A DNA stretch of 64,000 bases from an uncultured Chloroflexia bacterium (GCA_963814375.1 CAWFCQ010000004.1:1-64000); one strand, 5' to 3'; numbered from the stretch's first letter, positions 51,070 to 62,167 are shown. Numbers and translations: made by a program. Notes: generated from the letters alone by a model not told the origin.

Positions 51070-53739
51070 ATGACGACGCGACGCGAGCTGGCCGCGCGCT
51101 ACGACGCCGCCGCGGTCGAATCGGGCATCTACCAGCGCTGGCTGGACGCCGACGCCTTCGCACCGGCTCGCACGCCTCCACCCGACGCGGAGCGGTTCGT
51201 CATCATCCAGCCGCCACCCAACGTGACGGGAGCGCTCCACATCGGCCATGCGCTGGTCGCGACGATCGAGGACACCCTCATCCGCTACCACCGCATGCGT
51301 GGCGACGACACCCTGTGGCTGCCGGGCGTCGACCACGCCAGCATCGGCGCGCAGTTCGTCCTCGATCGGATCATCGCCGAGGAGGGCGAGTCGCGCGCGT
51401 CGCTCGGGCGAGAGCGGTATCTCGAGCGGATGCATCGGTTCATGGACGAGACACGCCACATCATCGGGACCCAGCATCGACGGTTGGGCGCCAGCGTCGA
51501 CTGGAGCCGCGAGCGCTTCACGATGGACGACGGCTCGGCACGCGCCGTCCGCGTCGCCTTCAAGCGCCTCTGGGACGCCGGCCTCGTCTACCGCGGCGAG
51601 GCGCTGGTCAACTGGTGCCCGCGGTGCCTCACCACGATCAGCGACCTGGAGAACGTCCATCGTGATGAGACGGGCACGCTGTGGACGATCCGCTATCACC
51701 TCGAGCGACCCGATGGCAGGCCCGATCCCGACGCCTGGATCTCGGTCGCGACCACGCGGCCCGAGACGCTGCTGGGCGACACGGCCGTGGCCGTGCACCC
51801 CGACGACGATCGGTATCGAGCGCTTGTCGGCAGGCATGCCATCCTGCCGTTCCTGGGCCGGCGCCTGCCGATCGTCGCGGACGATCACGTCGACCGCACC
51901 TTCGGAACCGGTGCGGTCAAGATCACGCCGGCCCACGATCCGGACGACTACGAGCTCGCCAAGCGGCACGACCTGCCGGCCATCAACGTCCTCGACCCCG
52001 ACGCGCGAATCAACGCCGAGGGTGGCGACTTCTTCGGGCGTGACCGGTATGAGGCGCGAGAGGCGATCCTGGACCGGCTGCGCGACATGGGCGACCTGGA
52101 GGCCGAGCGCCCGCACCAGATGGTGATCGGGCACTGCGACCGCTGCGGGACGGTGGTCGAGCCGCGCCTGAGCGTGCAGTGGTTCATTCGTGTCAAGTCA
52201 CTGGCCGACCGCGCGCTCGCATCGGTCCGGGAGGGTCGCACGCACATCGTTCCCGCCCACTTCGAGAAGGTCTACGCCCACTGGATGGAGAACATCCACG
52301 ACTGGGCGGTCGGCCGCCAGCTGTGGTGGGGACATCGCATCCCCGCCTGGTTCTGCCCGGACGGACACGTCACCGTCACCGATGCCGAGGGAGGCCCGGA
52401 GGACTGTGCCGAGTGCGGGCGGCCGGCTTCCGAGCTGACCCAGGAGAACGACATCTTCGACACCTGGTTCAGCTCTGGGCTGTGGCCGTTCAGCACCCTC
52501 GGCTGGCCGGATGCGACGCCGGATATGGCGCGGTTCTATCCCACCAGCGTCATGGAGACCGGCTACGACATCCTCTTCTTCTGGGTCGCGCGAATGATGA
52601 TGCTCGGGCTGTTCCTCACTGACACCGAGCCGTTCCACACCGTCTACCTCCACGGGATGATCCGCGCCGAGGGCGGCGTGAAGATGAGCAAGACGAAGGG
52701 CAACACGATCGACCCGCTCGGGCTCGTCGACGACATCGGAGCCGACGCGCTTCGCTTCGCGCTGGTCAGTGGGTCGGCGCCAGGGAGCGACCAGCGCCTC
52801 ACCCAGTCGAAGCTCGACGGCGGCCGGAACTTCTCCAACAAGCTGTGGAACGCGGCCCGCTTCGTCCTCGCCAATCGCCCGGATGATTCCGGCTCGCCTG
52901 CAGATGCCACGCCGACCCTCGGCCAGCGCTGGATCCGTTCGCGGCTGGCCGTTGCGGTCGCGCAGGCAACGCGGCAGCTCGACGCTCTCGACATCGGCGC
53001 CTACACCGCGACCGTGTACGACGCCGCGTGGAGCGACTACTGCGACTGGTCGCTGGAGATGACGAAGGTCGACCTCCGTCGGACCGACGCCTCGGACGCC
53101 GACCGCATCACGGCGTGGCGGGCAGCGGCGGAGAACCTCGCGACCATCCTGCGCCTGCTCCATCCGCTCATGCCGTTCGTGACCGAGGAGATCTGGCAGG
53201 CGCTCGCCGATGCCGCTCCCTTCGCGACTGGCGATGAGCCCCTCCTCGCGCGCGCCGGCTGGCCCTCGACGGCGGAGCGTGACGAGGCAGCCGAGCGCGA
53301 GTTCGACGACCTGGCGATCCTCGTGCGCGGCATTCGCAACCTCCGGACCGAGGCCGGGATGCCGGCCGGCGCATGGGTACCCATCGGCGTCGCCCCCATC
53401 GATTCGGCCGCGGCGGCCCGGATCGAGGCGGCACGGGGCTATCTCGAGGGCCTGGCCCGCGTTCGCCCGGTCGACATTCGTGCGGAGGGGGACCGTCCCG
53501 CGCTCGTCGCCGCCAGCCCACTGGGCGCAGCGTGGCTCGACACCGAGATCGCCGCCGACGGGGAGGCCGGGAGCCGCCGCGCATCGCAGATCGAGGAGCT
53601 CGAGCGGAACATCGAGCGCGTCGGGCAGCTGCTCGCCAACGAGGCGTTCGCGTCGAAGGCTCCGAGCGAGGTCGTCGATCGCGAGCGCGCTCGGCTGGCC
53701 GATCTCGAGGAGGAGCGCCGGCAGCTGCTATCCGAGTAG
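51070..53739 (+). CDS. valS: Valine--tRNA ligase
   Basis: PPPNVTGALHIGH, ATTRPET, GTGAVKITPAHD, RQLWWGHRIP, DTWFSS, KMSKT. Confidence 0.97.
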   Translation: MTTRRELAARYDAAAVESGIYQRWLDADAFAPARTPPPDAERFVIIQPPPNVTGALHIGHALVATIEDTLIRYHRMRGDDTLWLPGVDHASIGAQFVLDRIIAEEGESRASLGRERYLERMHRFMDETRHIIGTQHRRLGASVDWSRERFTMDDGSARAVRVAFKRLWDAGLVYRGEALVNWCPRCLTTISDLENVHRDETGTLWTIRYHLERPDGRPDPDAWISVATTRPETLLGDTAVAVHPDDDRYRALVGRHAILPFLGRRLPIVADDHVDRTFGTGAVKITPAHDPDDYELAKRHDLPAINVLDPDARINAEGGDFFGRDRYEAREAILDRLRDMGDLEAERPHQMVIGHCDRCGTVVEPRLSVQWFIRVKSLADRALASVREGRTHIVPAHFEKVYAHWMENIHDWAVGRQLWWGHRIPAWFCPDGHVTVTDAEGGPEDCAECGRPASELTQENDIFDTWFSSGLWPFSTLGWPDATPDMARFYPTSVMETGYDILFFWVARMMMLGLFLTDTEPFHTVYLHGMIRAEGGVKMSKTKGNTIDPLGLVDDIGADALRFALVSGSAPGSDQRLTQSKLDGGRNFSNKLWNAARFVLANRPDDSGSPADATPTLGQRWIRSRLAVAVAQATRQLDALDIGAYTATVYDAAWSDYCDWSLEMTKVDLRRTDASDADRITAWRAAAENLATILRLLHPLMPFVTEEIWQALADAAPFATGDEPLLARAGWPSTAERDEAAEREFDDLAILVRGIRNLRTEAGMPAGAWVPIGVAPIDSAAAARIEAARGYLEGLARVRPVDIRAEGDRPALVAASPLGAAWLDTEIAADGEAGSRRASQIEELERNIERVGQLLANEAFASKAPSEVVDRERARLADLEEERRQLLSE

Positions 53740-53835
53740 GCGCCAGACGCCCGCCGCCGATGGGGCCATGGCGGCTGCCTCCGGGGTGACTGCTAGAATC
53801 GGCCGCGCTCTCACAGTTGGATAACGCCCCCGATC

Positions 53836-54567
53836 ATGTCATTCCTCAAGCGCAAGAAGCAGGACGCCCCGGCTCCACCACCGCCTGTTCCGGTCCAGGA
53901 AGAGGTGACGGCGCAGGAGTACGGGGTCCGCATCTCGCTCGTGGCGCGCAGCAGTGACGGCCTGCGCCTCCCGGCCGAGCCCGGCGCCGCCGCGGCGATA
54001 CCGGCCATCGTCGAGCCGCTCAGCCAGACGACGGTCGAGACAATCGAGCCGCTGCCGCTCGAGTTCTCCGACGCGTCACCCGCGGTCGACCGCTTCAACG
54101 AGCTCCAGCAGTGGGTGCTCACCCGCCGCGAGGTGAGCCCGATCGGGCGGCACGGGCTCTATGTCCTCGAGATGACCGATGCCCTCGACATGACGGTCGA
54201 CACCTTTGCCTGCGGGCTGCTCCACGGCGAGATCGATACCAGCGGCTATCCCGAGTACAACGCCATCGTCGGCGGGCTTGCGTCCCACTGGGATGAGCTG
54301 TCCGGCGAGCTCATCGTTCGCGCCGTCGTCGGCTGGGGCGGGAAGGGCCAGCGCGGTGACACCGATCGCATCGGTCACAAGCTGCTGAGCGCCCTCTACC
54401 AGCAGGTGCTGGCATCCGGGTACAGCCTGGGCGAGGCCGAGCAGGCGCGCCTGCCTTCGATCGGCGCCCGTTCCGGGCTGACCTGCGCCCACTGCGGGTA
54501 CGAGGCGGGCAACGCCAGCGCCTTCTACTGCCCGAAATGCGGCATGCGCATGGTCCGGGGAGCCTAG
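53836..54567 (+). CDS. Hypothetical protein with C-terminal double zinc ribbon
   Basis: C-terminal CAHCG..FYCPKCG. Confidence 0.65.
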   Translation: MSFLKRKKQDAPAPPPPVPVQEEVTAQEYGVRISLVARSSDGLRLPAEPGAAAAIPAIVEPLSQTTVETIEPLPLEFSDASPAVDRFNELQQWVLTRREVSPIGRHGLYVLEMTDALDMTVDTFACGLLHGEIDTSGYPEYNAIVGGLASHWDELSGELIVRAVVGWGGKGQRGDTDRIGHKLLSALYQQVLASGYSLGEAEQARLPSIGARSGLTCAHCGYEAGNASAFYCPKCGMRMVRGA

Positions 54568-54688
54568 GCAGCCGGTACTTTCGGGGTGGGCCGCAGCCCG
54601 CCCGAGTCCCATTGCCCGGGCCGTCCGTGCGCCGGACGATGGTGCCCAACGTCACCGCCCGGTGGCGTCGCATCGCGAAGGAACGGCA

Positions 54689-55906
54689 ATGGAGCGACCC
54701 ACCATTCTGCTCGCCGTCGGGGATGACCTCGACGAGTACGTCGACGCGCTCCAGCGCGCCGGGTTCGAGCCGCTGAGCGTCAACTCGACGCACGCCGAAG
54801 GCGCCCCGGCCATCGACCTCGCGGTGCTCGACTGCGACCTCCCCGCGGATGCGGTCCAGGCGGTGTACCAGCACGTCCACAACGGAACATCCACGCCGAC
54901 GCTGCTCATGGTCGGCGTGGACACACAGCTGCCCGACGGCGTCGGCTCGACCGGTGACGAGGTGGCGCTGAAGCCGATCCCGGCCGATGCGCTCGTCTAC
55001 CGGCTCCAGGCGCTCCTCATCCGGACCGGCCGCCACCTGCCGACCGAGTCGGGAGGCTGGGCCGCCGACGAGTCGCTCACATCGGCCCCGATGGCGGGCG
55101 AGGGCCACGTGGTCAGCGTCTTCGCGCCGAAGGGCGGCGTGGGCAAGACGACGATCGCCGTCAACACCGCCGTCGCGCTGCGCCAGCAGACGCGCGCGGA
55201 GGTCCTGCTGTTCGACGCCGATGTCGGCGTCGGGAACGTGACCTCAGTCCTCGACGTTCCGTACCGGATGGGCCTCGCCGATCTTGCGGACAGCCCTCCC
55301 GAGGAGTGGACCGACGCCGCGTTCGAGCACCTCGCCACGACCCACGCCGCCAGCGGCGTCAGAGTGCTCACCTGGGGAACCGAACCGGGCGAGTCGGAGC
55401 GGGTCACGGTCGACCTTCTGCTCGCGGGGCTGCGCTGGGCGAAGAACCACCATTCCTACGTGATCGTGGACAACCACCCGGGGTACGACGATCGCACGAT
55501 GGCGATGCTCGCGGTGTCCAACGAGATCTTCCTCGTGGTGACGCCCGAGGTCGGCGCACTGCGCAACAGCGCACAGTTCCTCGACCTCGCTCGCGAGCTC
55601 GGGCTCGGCGACGTCATCAAGGTCATCGTCAACCGCGCGAACCACGGCATCCGCGTCCAGGACATGGCGAGCTCGCTCGGGCTTCCGGTGTCCGCGACCG
55701 TGGTCAGCAACGGACCGAAGGCGGTCATCGCCTCGAATGAAGGGCACCCGGTCGTGACGAAGTATCCGCGCGAGAAGATGGCCGATGACCTCCACGCCGT
55801 GGCCCGGCTCATCTCCCAGCCAGGCACGACCGAGATGAAGACCTCCGACCCGCGCCAGACGCGGCGCTGGTGGGCCCGCTTCGGGGCGCGGACGTCCGAG
55901 GCCTGA
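54689..55906 (+). CDS. CpaE/TadZ/MinD-like ParA-family ATPase with degenerate receiver domain
   Basis: REC-like DLAVLD..KP; deviant Walker A PKGGVGKTT; LLFDAD; VIVNR; C-terminal amphipathic RRWWARFG. Confidence 0.8.
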   Translation: MERPTILLAVGDDLDEYVDALQRAGFEPLSVNSTHAEGAPAIDLAVLDCDLPADAVQAVYQHVHNGTSTPTLLMVGVDTQLPDGVGSTGDEVALKPIPADALVYRLQALLIRTGRHLPTESGGWAADESLTSAPMAGEGHVVSVFAPKGGVGKTTIAVNTAVALRQQTRAEVLLFDADVGVGNVTSVLDVPYRMGLADLADSPPEEWTDAAFEHLATTHAASGVRVLTWGTEPGESERVTVDLLLAGLRWAKNHHSYVIVDNHPGYDDRTMAMLAVSNEIFLVVTPEVGALRNSAQFLDLARELGLGDVIKVIVNRANHGIRVQDMASSLGLPVSATVVSNGPKAVIASNEGHPVVTKYPREKMADDLHAVARLISQPGTTEMKTSDPRQTRRWWARFGARTSEA

Positions 55907-55974
55907 TTCAGCCGGGGTGGGGCTCGTCCGGTCGCATTGCGCGGCCGGACGAGCTTTGACATCATTCGCGCGCC

Positions 55975-56313
55975 GTGCCGACCTACGACTACCAGTGCCG
56001 CTCCTGCGGCTTGACCACCGAGGTGATCCACTCGATGCTCGAGGATGGCCCCGCCGTGTGCGAGGCCTGCGGTGGCGATCTCAGGCGCGTGCTCTTTCCC
56101 GCCGGCATCATCTTCAAGGGCTCCGGGTTCTATCGCAACGACGCGCGTTCCAACGGCAGCCCCGCACCGGATGCATCCAAGCAGGGGGGCTCGACCGCGT
56201 CTTCCCCGCCGAGCGAGAAGGGGAGCGACAAGGGGAGCGACAAGGGAAGGGACAAGGGGAGCGACAAGGGCAAGGGGGACTCGGGCTCGACGCCTGCCCC
56301 ATCCGCCGATTGA
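55975..56313 (+). CDS. FmdB family zinc-ribbon protein
   Basis: MPTYDYQCRSCG..CEACGG..IIFKGSGFY. Confidence 0.88.
   Translation: MPTYDYQCRSCGLTTEVIHSMLEDGPAVCEACGGDLRRVLFPAGIIFKGSGFYRNDARSNGSPAPDASKQGGSTASSPPSEKGSDKGSDKGRDKGSDKGKGDSGSTPAPSAD
56218..56280 (+). repeat. 12-bp coding tandem repeat (KGSD)n
   Basis: AAGGGGAGCGAC-like units inside the FmdB gene tail. Confidence 0.7.
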
Positions 56314-56337
56314 GCTACGGCCGGGGTTGAGCTCGGA

Positions 56338-57840
56338 TCAGGCGGGCTGCGCCTGACGGGTTCCGCACCGCCGGCAGAAGCGCGCGGTCGCCGAAAGCGA
56401 CAGACCGCACTGGCCGCAGTTCTGGACGCCGACGTTGCCGACGGCGCTGGCGACCTCGCGGGCCGAAGCCTCCCAGAAGCTGGCGCTGTGTGCCATGCGA
56501 GCGGCGATCTCGGCCTGGCTTGCCGCGGCGCCGCGTGAGCGGTAGGGGAGGATCGCGGCGGGCTCGGCCTGGACGGCGCCCTCGTTCGCATCTCCGAGGC
56601 CCAGCAGGTCCAGCTGCGCCCGGCGGGCGGCGAGCTCCGGGGTGTCGACCTGGGCCGCTGCCGGCGCAGTCTCGGCCGGGGGTGGCGTCGGAGCCTGCTG
56701 CGGAAAGTGAAGGATCGTCTCGCTGACCGGCGCGATGCGCGGCGCCGCCACCGGCGAGGGAGCGGGTTCTGGCTCGGGCTCGACGGCGGCCGCGACCGGC
56801 TCTGGCTCCGGCTCGAGCTCGGCAATAACCGGCTCGGGCTCGACCTCGGCCACCACCGGCTCCGGTTCCGGCTCGACTTCAGCCACCACCGGCTCCGGCT
56901 CGGGCTCGACTTCGGCCACCACCGGCTCGGGCTCGACGTGGTAGGCGTCGTCAGCGTCCCAAGCCACGACGCGGAGTGGTGGCAGGACGGCTTCAGGCTC
57001 GGGCTCCGGCTCGACCTCGGCCACCATCGGCTCCGGCTCGGGCTCGACCTCGGCCACCATCGGCTCTGGCTCGGGCTCGACCTCGGCCACCATCGGCTCG
57101 GGCTCGGGCTCCGGCTCGACCTCGGCCACCATCGGCTCGGGCTCTGGCTCGGGCTCGACCTCGGCCACCATCGGCTCCGGCTCGGGCTCGACCTCGGCCA
57201 CCATCGGCTCCGGCTCGGGCTGCGCGGTCCACGGCTCGAGGGTGACCTCGGCCGCCGCCGGCGCCACGTCGTCGGGCGCATCGATCCGTGGAGAGTCGTA
57301 GACGAAGCCATCGGCACCGACGTAGGCGCCGGGAGCCACCGGCGCTTCGGTGCTGGGCCAGCCCTCGGGCGCATGGCCGTTCGTGGCTGACGGTAGCGGG
57401 AGGTCGGAGATCGGCCACGCCATGGGCGCACCGGAGTCCGCCTCGCCGATGAGCCCCGTCGGTTCGGCGAGCTGTGGCGGGGCTTCCGTGAGCGAGGCGG
57501 CAAGTCGCTCGGCGAGGTCGTCCGTGCCGGCGATCGGCGCGCAGCTGCGGCAGCGCCCGGAGCCGTCGTTCCAGCAGTTGACGCACGTGTACTGACGGCA
57601 GTCGATGCAGAAGTTGAACGACGAGTGGAAGGCTTCCAGCTGCGCCGTCGCGATGGCGCCTTCCTCCGCGCGCATCGCGTCGCCCATCGCGTCGGAGAGG
57701 GCGTCCTGGCTGGTCAGGTAGTTCTTGAGGCCGCCGACGAGGCCGCGCGTCTTGCGCAGCGGATTGAGGCGCGTCGGCGCCTTGAACTCGTAGCGCGTCC
57801 CGCAGCGCTCGCAGAATGACTCGGTAAGTGTGTCAGCCAA
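56338..57840 (-). CDS. Protein with Cys-rich zinc-binding termini and an acidic Glu-Pro repeat stalk
   Basis: N-terminal [24 protein letters not shown]; C-terminal CGQCG..FCRRCG; central (EP)n-MVAEV repeats. Confidence 0.7.
   Translation of the reverse strand: MADTLTESFCERCGTRYEFKAPTRLNPLRKTRGLVGGLKNYLTSQDALSDAMGDAMRAEEGAIATAQLEAFHSSFNFCIDCRQYTCVNCWNDGSGRCRSCAPIAGTDDLAERLAASLTEAPPQLAEPTGLIGEADSGAPMAWPISDLPLPSATNGHAPEGWPSTEAPVAPGAYVGADGFVYDSPRIDAPDDVAPAAAEVTLEPWTAQPEPEPMVAEVEPEPEPMVAEVEPEPEPEPMVAEVEPEPEPEPMVAEVEPEPEPMVAEVEPEPEPMVAEVEPEPEPEAVLPPLRVVAWDADDAYHVEPEPVVAEVEPEPEPVVAEVEPEPEPVVAEVEPEPVIAELEPEPEPVAAAVEPEPEPAPSPVAAPRIAPVSETILHFPQQAPTPPPAETAPAAAQVDTPELAARRAQLDLLGLGDANEGAVQAEPAAILPYRSRGAAASQAEIAARMAHSASFWEASAREVASAVGNVGVQNCGQCGLSLSATARFCRRCGTRQAQPA
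56765..57221 (-). repeat. Coding tandem repeats of about 27-39 bp encoding (M/V)VAEV(EP)2-4, in two blocks
   Basis: Six MVAEV copies (~56995-57221) and five VVAEV-like copies (~56765-56937); variable EP count. Confidence 0.85.
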
Positions 57841-57973
57841 TGGGTCTCATCTCCCCCCGATCGCGCCTTTGCGATCAGGGCAACGAAGTATAGCGACGGG
57901 GTCCAGAATCGACCCATCCGCCGATCGGGGCATGCAAAACGGCCGTTCGTACCCTGCGTGCTAGCATCGGCCG

Positions 57974-58729
57974 ATGGGCATCCTCTCGCGTGTCGAGGCC
58001 ATCCTCGAGCGCTTCATCGAGGCGCCGGCGGGCCGCCTGGGAGCCTCGATTCAGCCGGTCAGCCTCGCGAAGCGGATCGAGCGTGCGATGGACACGAACA
58101 AGACCTACGGCGACGTCGGGGTCATCGTGCCGAACCAGTACGACCTGCACCTGCACCCCTCCGACTTCGAGGCATTCGCCTCGTATCGCTCATCGCTGGA
58201 GGACGACCTCGCCCACGGCGTCCTCGCCCGGGCGCGTCACGAGCGATACACGCTCGTCGCTCGGCCGCGCGTGCAGATCCTCTCGGACGCCGAGACGCGG
58301 CGCGGGGAGATCCGGGTGGCGGCGAACGTGGTCGACGAGCGGGGCGGTCGGGTGCCGGAGGCCGCGCCGATGCCAACCAGCTCAGACACGATGGTCTTCG
58401 CTCGGCCGAGTGAAGAGGACGCGCCGGACTCGGCTCGCCGCGCGTTCCTGATGGTCAGCACGCGCGGCAGTCGATCCGTCCAGTTCGACCTCGGCGGGCC
58501 GCTGATCGGGATCGGACGTGCCAGCGACAACGACGTCATCGTCGACGACCCCATGGTCAGCCGGCATCATTGCCAGCTCAAGCTCCAGCACGGCGCTTAC
58601 GGCTTCACCGACCTGGGGAGCCGGAACGGCTCGACGGTCAACGGCCAGACGGTCAGCCAGATCGCCCTCGGTCCGGGAGACCTCATCCGCATCGGCGACA
58701 CCCAGATCGAGTTCCAGGTGCGGACTTGA
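57974..58729 (+). CDS. fhaA: FhaA-like protein (DUF3662 plus FHA domain)
   Basis: LSRVE..LER, IQPVSLAKRIERAMD, VPNQY; FHA IGR..ND..DP.VSRHH..DLGSRNG. Confidence 0.88.
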   Translation: MGILSRVEAILERFIEAPAGRLGASIQPVSLAKRIERAMDTNKTYGDVGVIVPNQYDLHLHPSDFEAFASYRSSLEDDLAHGVLARARHERYTLVARPRVQILSDAETRRGEIRVAANVVDERGGRVPEAAPMPTSSDTMVFARPSEEDAPDSARRAFLMVSTRGSRSVQFDLGGPLIGIGRASDNDVIVDDPMVSRHHCQLKLQHGAYGFTDLGSRNGSTVNGQTVSQIALGPGDLIRIGDTQIEFQVRT

Positions 58730-59169
58730 CGGGCGACATCCTGCGGATCCTGCTCCTGCTCCTCCAGCTCGGCTTCGTCGCCCTCCTCTACCTCGTCCTC
58801 ATGCGGTTCGCGGGATCGCTCATGCGCGACCTGCGGAACGCCGAGCAGGCGCAGATCGCGTCGCGCACGGGGATCGGCCGCCTCTCGGTTCTCGAGTCGC
58901 CCGATGACGAGCCACCGGCTGGCGTCGCGATCGCGCTCGGTCCCATCAACTCGATCGGGCGCAACGTCAACAACACGATCTACGTCGAGGACGACTTCGT
59001 CAGCGCGAGCCACGCGATGCTGACCTTTCGCGGCCGCAGCTGGTTCGTCGAGGACCAGGGCAGCACCAACGGGACCTATGTGAACGGCCACCGCATCGAC
59101 CGGCCCGTGGCGCTCAGCTTCGGCGACGAGCTGACGATCGGCCGGGTTCGCATGCGGCTCGACCGTTGA
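58726..59169 (+). CDS. fhaB: FhaB/FipA-like membrane-anchored FHA protein
   Basis: N-terminal TM (LQLGFVALLYL..RDL), IGR..DDFVSASHA..EDQGSTNGT; TTG start overlaps the fhaA stop. Confidence 0.82.
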   Translation: MTGDILRILLLLLQLGFVALLYLVLMRFAGSLMRDLRNAEQAQIASRTGIGRLSVLESPDDEPPAGVAIALGPINSIGRNVNNTIYVEDDFVSASHAMLTFRGRSWFVEDQGSTNGTYVNGHRIDRPVALSFGDELTIGRVRMRLDR

Positions 59170-59185
59170 CCGTCATGCCAGCCTG

Positions 59186-60523
59186 ATGCGAGTCGCCTGG
59201 CGCGGGGTCGAGCTCCGCTTGCTGCTGCCCCTGCTCCTGCTCGTGCCGCTCGGCTTTGCCGTCACGCACATCGCGGTGACCGGCACCTTCGAGCCCGGCC
59301 CGCTTGGGCTGGCGATCGGCTTCGTCACGATGTTCATCGGCGCGCACCTCCTGCTCGTCGCCTTCGGGCACCGCGGCGACCAGCTCCTCCTCCCGGCGGT
59401 CGCTGCGATGGGGGCCGTTGGGCTCGTCATGCTCAACCGCCTGCCGCAGGACCTGGCCGGCACCAGCGCGTTCGGCATCGAGCTCGACATGGCCGCCACG
59501 CAGCTGCTCTGGTTCGGTGTAGGGCTGGTCACGATGCTCGCGATCGCCATCGGCCTTCGCGACGACGGCGTCCTGCGTCACTACAAGTACACCTGGGCCG
59601 CGATCGGCATCCTCCTGCTGGCCGCGACACTTCTCTTCGGCTACGAGGTCAACGGCGCGAGGCTCTGGATCGATCTCGGCGCCGTCAGCGTGCAGCCCGG
59701 CGAGTTCCTGAAGATCGTCCTTGTCATCTTCATCGCCGGCTACCTGGCCGAGACGCGAACGCTGCTGACCAGCGCCCGCCTGCGCATCGGGTTCCTCTCG
59801 ATCCCGCCGTTGCCGTACTTCCTGCCGATGCTCGGTTTGCTGGCCGTCGTCATGCTCATCGTCGTCCGCCTCAACGACCTCGGCACCGCGCTCCTCTTCT
59901 TCGGCATCTTCCTGACGATGCTGTTCGTCGCCACTGGCCGGCGGAGCTACGTCCTGATCGGGCTCATCCTGTTCCTGGCCGCCTCCTTCGTGGCCTACCA
60001 GCTCTTCGCCCACGTCCAGGCGCGCGTCGACGTGTGGCTCGACCCCTTCGCCGACCCGCTCGGCGCCGGATTCCAGCCGGTTCGCGCGCTGTACGCGCTC
60101 GGGCGTGGCGGCCTCTTCGGCGAGGGCCTCGGACAGGGACTCGTGACGCTCGGTGGCGACCTGACGATCCCGTTCGTGCACACCGACTTCATCTTCACCG
60201 CTATCGCCGAGGAGCTCGGGCTGCTCGGGGCCCTGGCCCTGCTGGGCTTTGCCGCCGTGCTCGTCTTCCGCGGCCTTCGCATCGCCGCGCTGGCGCGCGA
60301 CGACTTCAGCGGCCTGCTGGCGGTGGGGCTGACGGCGAGCCTGGGACTCCAGACGCTGATCATCATCGGTGGCAACACGAAGCTCATCCCGCTGACCGGG
60401 ATCACGCTGCCGTTCGTCAGCTATGGCGGGTCGAGCGTCCTCGCCAGCTTCATCATGGTCGGTCTCCTCCTGGCGACCAGCCATCGCAGCGCCATCGGCG
60501 CCGATGCCGAGCCCGACGCGTGA
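59186..60523 (+). CDS. rodA: SEDS family peptidoglycan polymerase (RodA/FtsW)
   Basis: NGARLWI, QPGEFLK, DLGTA, WLDPF, HTDFIF..EELG, PLTGITLPFVSYGGSS. Confidence 0.92.
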   Translation: MRVAWRGVELRLLLPLLLLVPLGFAVTHIAVTGTFEPGPLGLAIGFVTMFIGAHLLLVAFGHRGDQLLLPAVAAMGAVGLVMLNRLPQDLAGTSAFGIELDMAATQLLWFGVGLVTMLAIAIGLRDDGVLRHYKYTWAAIGILLLAATLLFGYEVNGARLWIDLGAVSVQPGEFLKIVLVIFIAGYLAETRTLLTSARLRIGFLSIPPLPYFLPMLGLLAVVMLIVVRLNDLGTALLFFGIFLTMLFVATGRRSYVLIGLILFLAASFVAYQLFAHVQARVDVWLDPFADPLGAGFQPVRALYALGRGGLFGEGLGQGLVTLGGDLTIPFVHTDFIFTAIAEELGLLGALALLGFAAVLVFRGLRIAALARDDFSGLLAVGLTASLGLQTLIIIGGNTKLIPLTGITLPFVSYGGSSVLASFIMVGLLLATSHRSAIGADAEPDA

Positions 60524-62061
60524 TCGCAACCAACGTCCGTCGCCTCGGCTTCTACATGATGCTGGCCTTCGCTCTCGTCTCGGTCAGCGTCGTGTGGTGG
60601 CAGGTGATCGAGGCGCCGCAGCTCGCGACCCGGCCCGACAACCCGGAGGTGATCGCCGCTCGCCAGAGCCTGCCGCGCGGCACGATCTTCGACGCGGCGG
60701 GAACCGTGCTCGCCAGCTCGGAGGTAATCGACGGCCTGAGCCTGCGCACGTACACCGACACGGCCTTCACCCACGTCATCGGCTACTCGAGCCTGCGCTT
60801 CGGCAGCACCGGGGTCGAGCGGGCGTTCGAGGACATCCTCGTGGGGCAGACCGATCCCAATCCGATTCGCGACCTCGTTTCCGACATCCTCGATCGCCAG
60901 CCGCAGCCACGCGACGTGACCCTGACGATCGATCAGCGTCTCCAGGACTACGCTGCCGCCGAGCTCGGTACGGACAAGGGAGCGGTGGTCGCGCTCGATC
61001 CGGCCACCGGCGAGATCCTGGCCATGGTCTCCACGCCGACCTACGACGCGACGGCGATCTCGGGACCTCCTCAAGCCGCGCAGGCACCGATGGACGCGCT
61101 GCGCAACGACCCGGCCGAGCCCCTCCTTCCGCGCGATCGGCTCGGGCTGTACGTTCCCGGCTCGATCATGAAGGTCTTCACCGCCGCCTCCGGCCTGGAT
61201 GCCGGCGTCATCACGCCGGAGACCACCTTCGAGGACCAGCCGCGCGAGGAGCTCGAGGGCATGATCGTCGACGGGTTCCCCATCCTCGAGCACGACCTCG
61301 CCGGCATCCAGCCGGCGCTCTGGCCCCTCTCGGAGGCGCTCCAGATCTCGAGCAACATCTTCTTCGCCCACGTCGGGCTCGAGCTCGGCCAGGAGCGCTT
61401 CCTGGAGTGGGCCCGGCGCTTCGGCTTCTGCGCTCCGATGGAGATCGGCCCGCCAGGTCGCGCCCTGGGCGTCGCGGCGAGCTTCGTGACCGAGCGCCAG
61501 GACGGCGACTGCGGGCCGTTCAGCGGCGACGTCGAGCTGGCCACCGCATCCTTCGGGCAGGGATCGACGGTGGTGACGCCGTTCCAGATGGCGATGGTGG
61601 CCGCAGCGGTGGCGGGCGATGGAGTCATGCCCAACGCGTTCGTCGTGCGCGATGTCAGACCCCACACCGACGACGGCTCGCCCAGCGACACGGTGCTCGA
61701 GACCTTCGCTTCGGGCGGTGGGACCCGGGTCATCAGCAGCGAGGCTGCGCGACAGACCCGCGCCGCCATGTTCGACGCGGTCAACGGCCCGCTCGGTCGC
61801 CCCTACGCCGGCCAGGCCGACGTCACCCTCTACGGGATCAGCAACGCCCGTTCGGCAGGAAAGACCGGCACCGCGCAGCTCGGTGGCGAGCAGGCTCCGC
61901 ACTCGTGGTTCATCGGCTTCGCACCGGCCGAGGCGGAGGCGACGCCGTCGATCGCGATCGCCGTCCTGGTGGAGAGCGGCGGATCAGGCTCCGGACGCGC
62001 CGCGCCGATCGCCGGTCGCGTCATGGCCGAGTGGCTGCGACTGAGCGCGGCCGGCGGCTGA
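60520..62061 (+). CDS. pbpA: Class B penicillin-binding protein (PbpA-like transpeptidase)
   Basis: N-terminal [22 protein letters not shown], SxxK (SIMK), SxN (SSN), KTG; GTGA overlap with rodA. Confidence 0.9.
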   Translation: MIATNVRRLGFYMMLAFALVSVSVVWWQVIEAPQLATRPDNPEVIAARQSLPRGTIFDAAGTVLASSEVIDGLSLRTYTDTAFTHVIGYSSLRFGSTGVERAFEDILVGQTDPNPIRDLVSDILDRQPQPRDVTLTIDQRLQDYAAAELGTDKGAVVALDPATGEILAMVSTPTYDATAISGPPQAAQAPMDALRNDPAEPLLPRDRLGLYVPGSIMKVFTAASGLDAGVITPETTFEDQPREELEGMIVDGFPILEHDLAGIQPALWPLSEALQISSNIFFAHVGLELGQERFLEWARRFGFCAPMEIGPPGRALGVAASFVTERQDGDCGPFSGDVELATASFGQGSTVVTPFQMAMVAAAVAGDGVMPNAFVVRDVRPHTDDGSPSDTVLETFASGGGTRVISSEAARQTRAAMFDAVNGPLGRPYAGQADVTLYGISNARSAGKTGTAQLGGEQAPHSWFIGFAPAEAEATPSIAIAVLVESGGSGSGRAAPIAGRVMAEWLRLSAAGG

Positions 62062-62167
62062 CTCCAGGATCGCGCTGAACCAGTCAGTAACGCGCTGGGG
62101 TATTGTCTTCGACGACCCGGGCCCGAGAGGCGGTGCCCAACGCACCGATAGGGGAGATCGCCACACC

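Noticed and set aside
56765-57221. Regularly spaced repeats resembling a CRISPR array
   Set aside because: No unique spacers; units are in-frame, vary at third codon positions and encode VAEV-EPEP; no cas genes in the window
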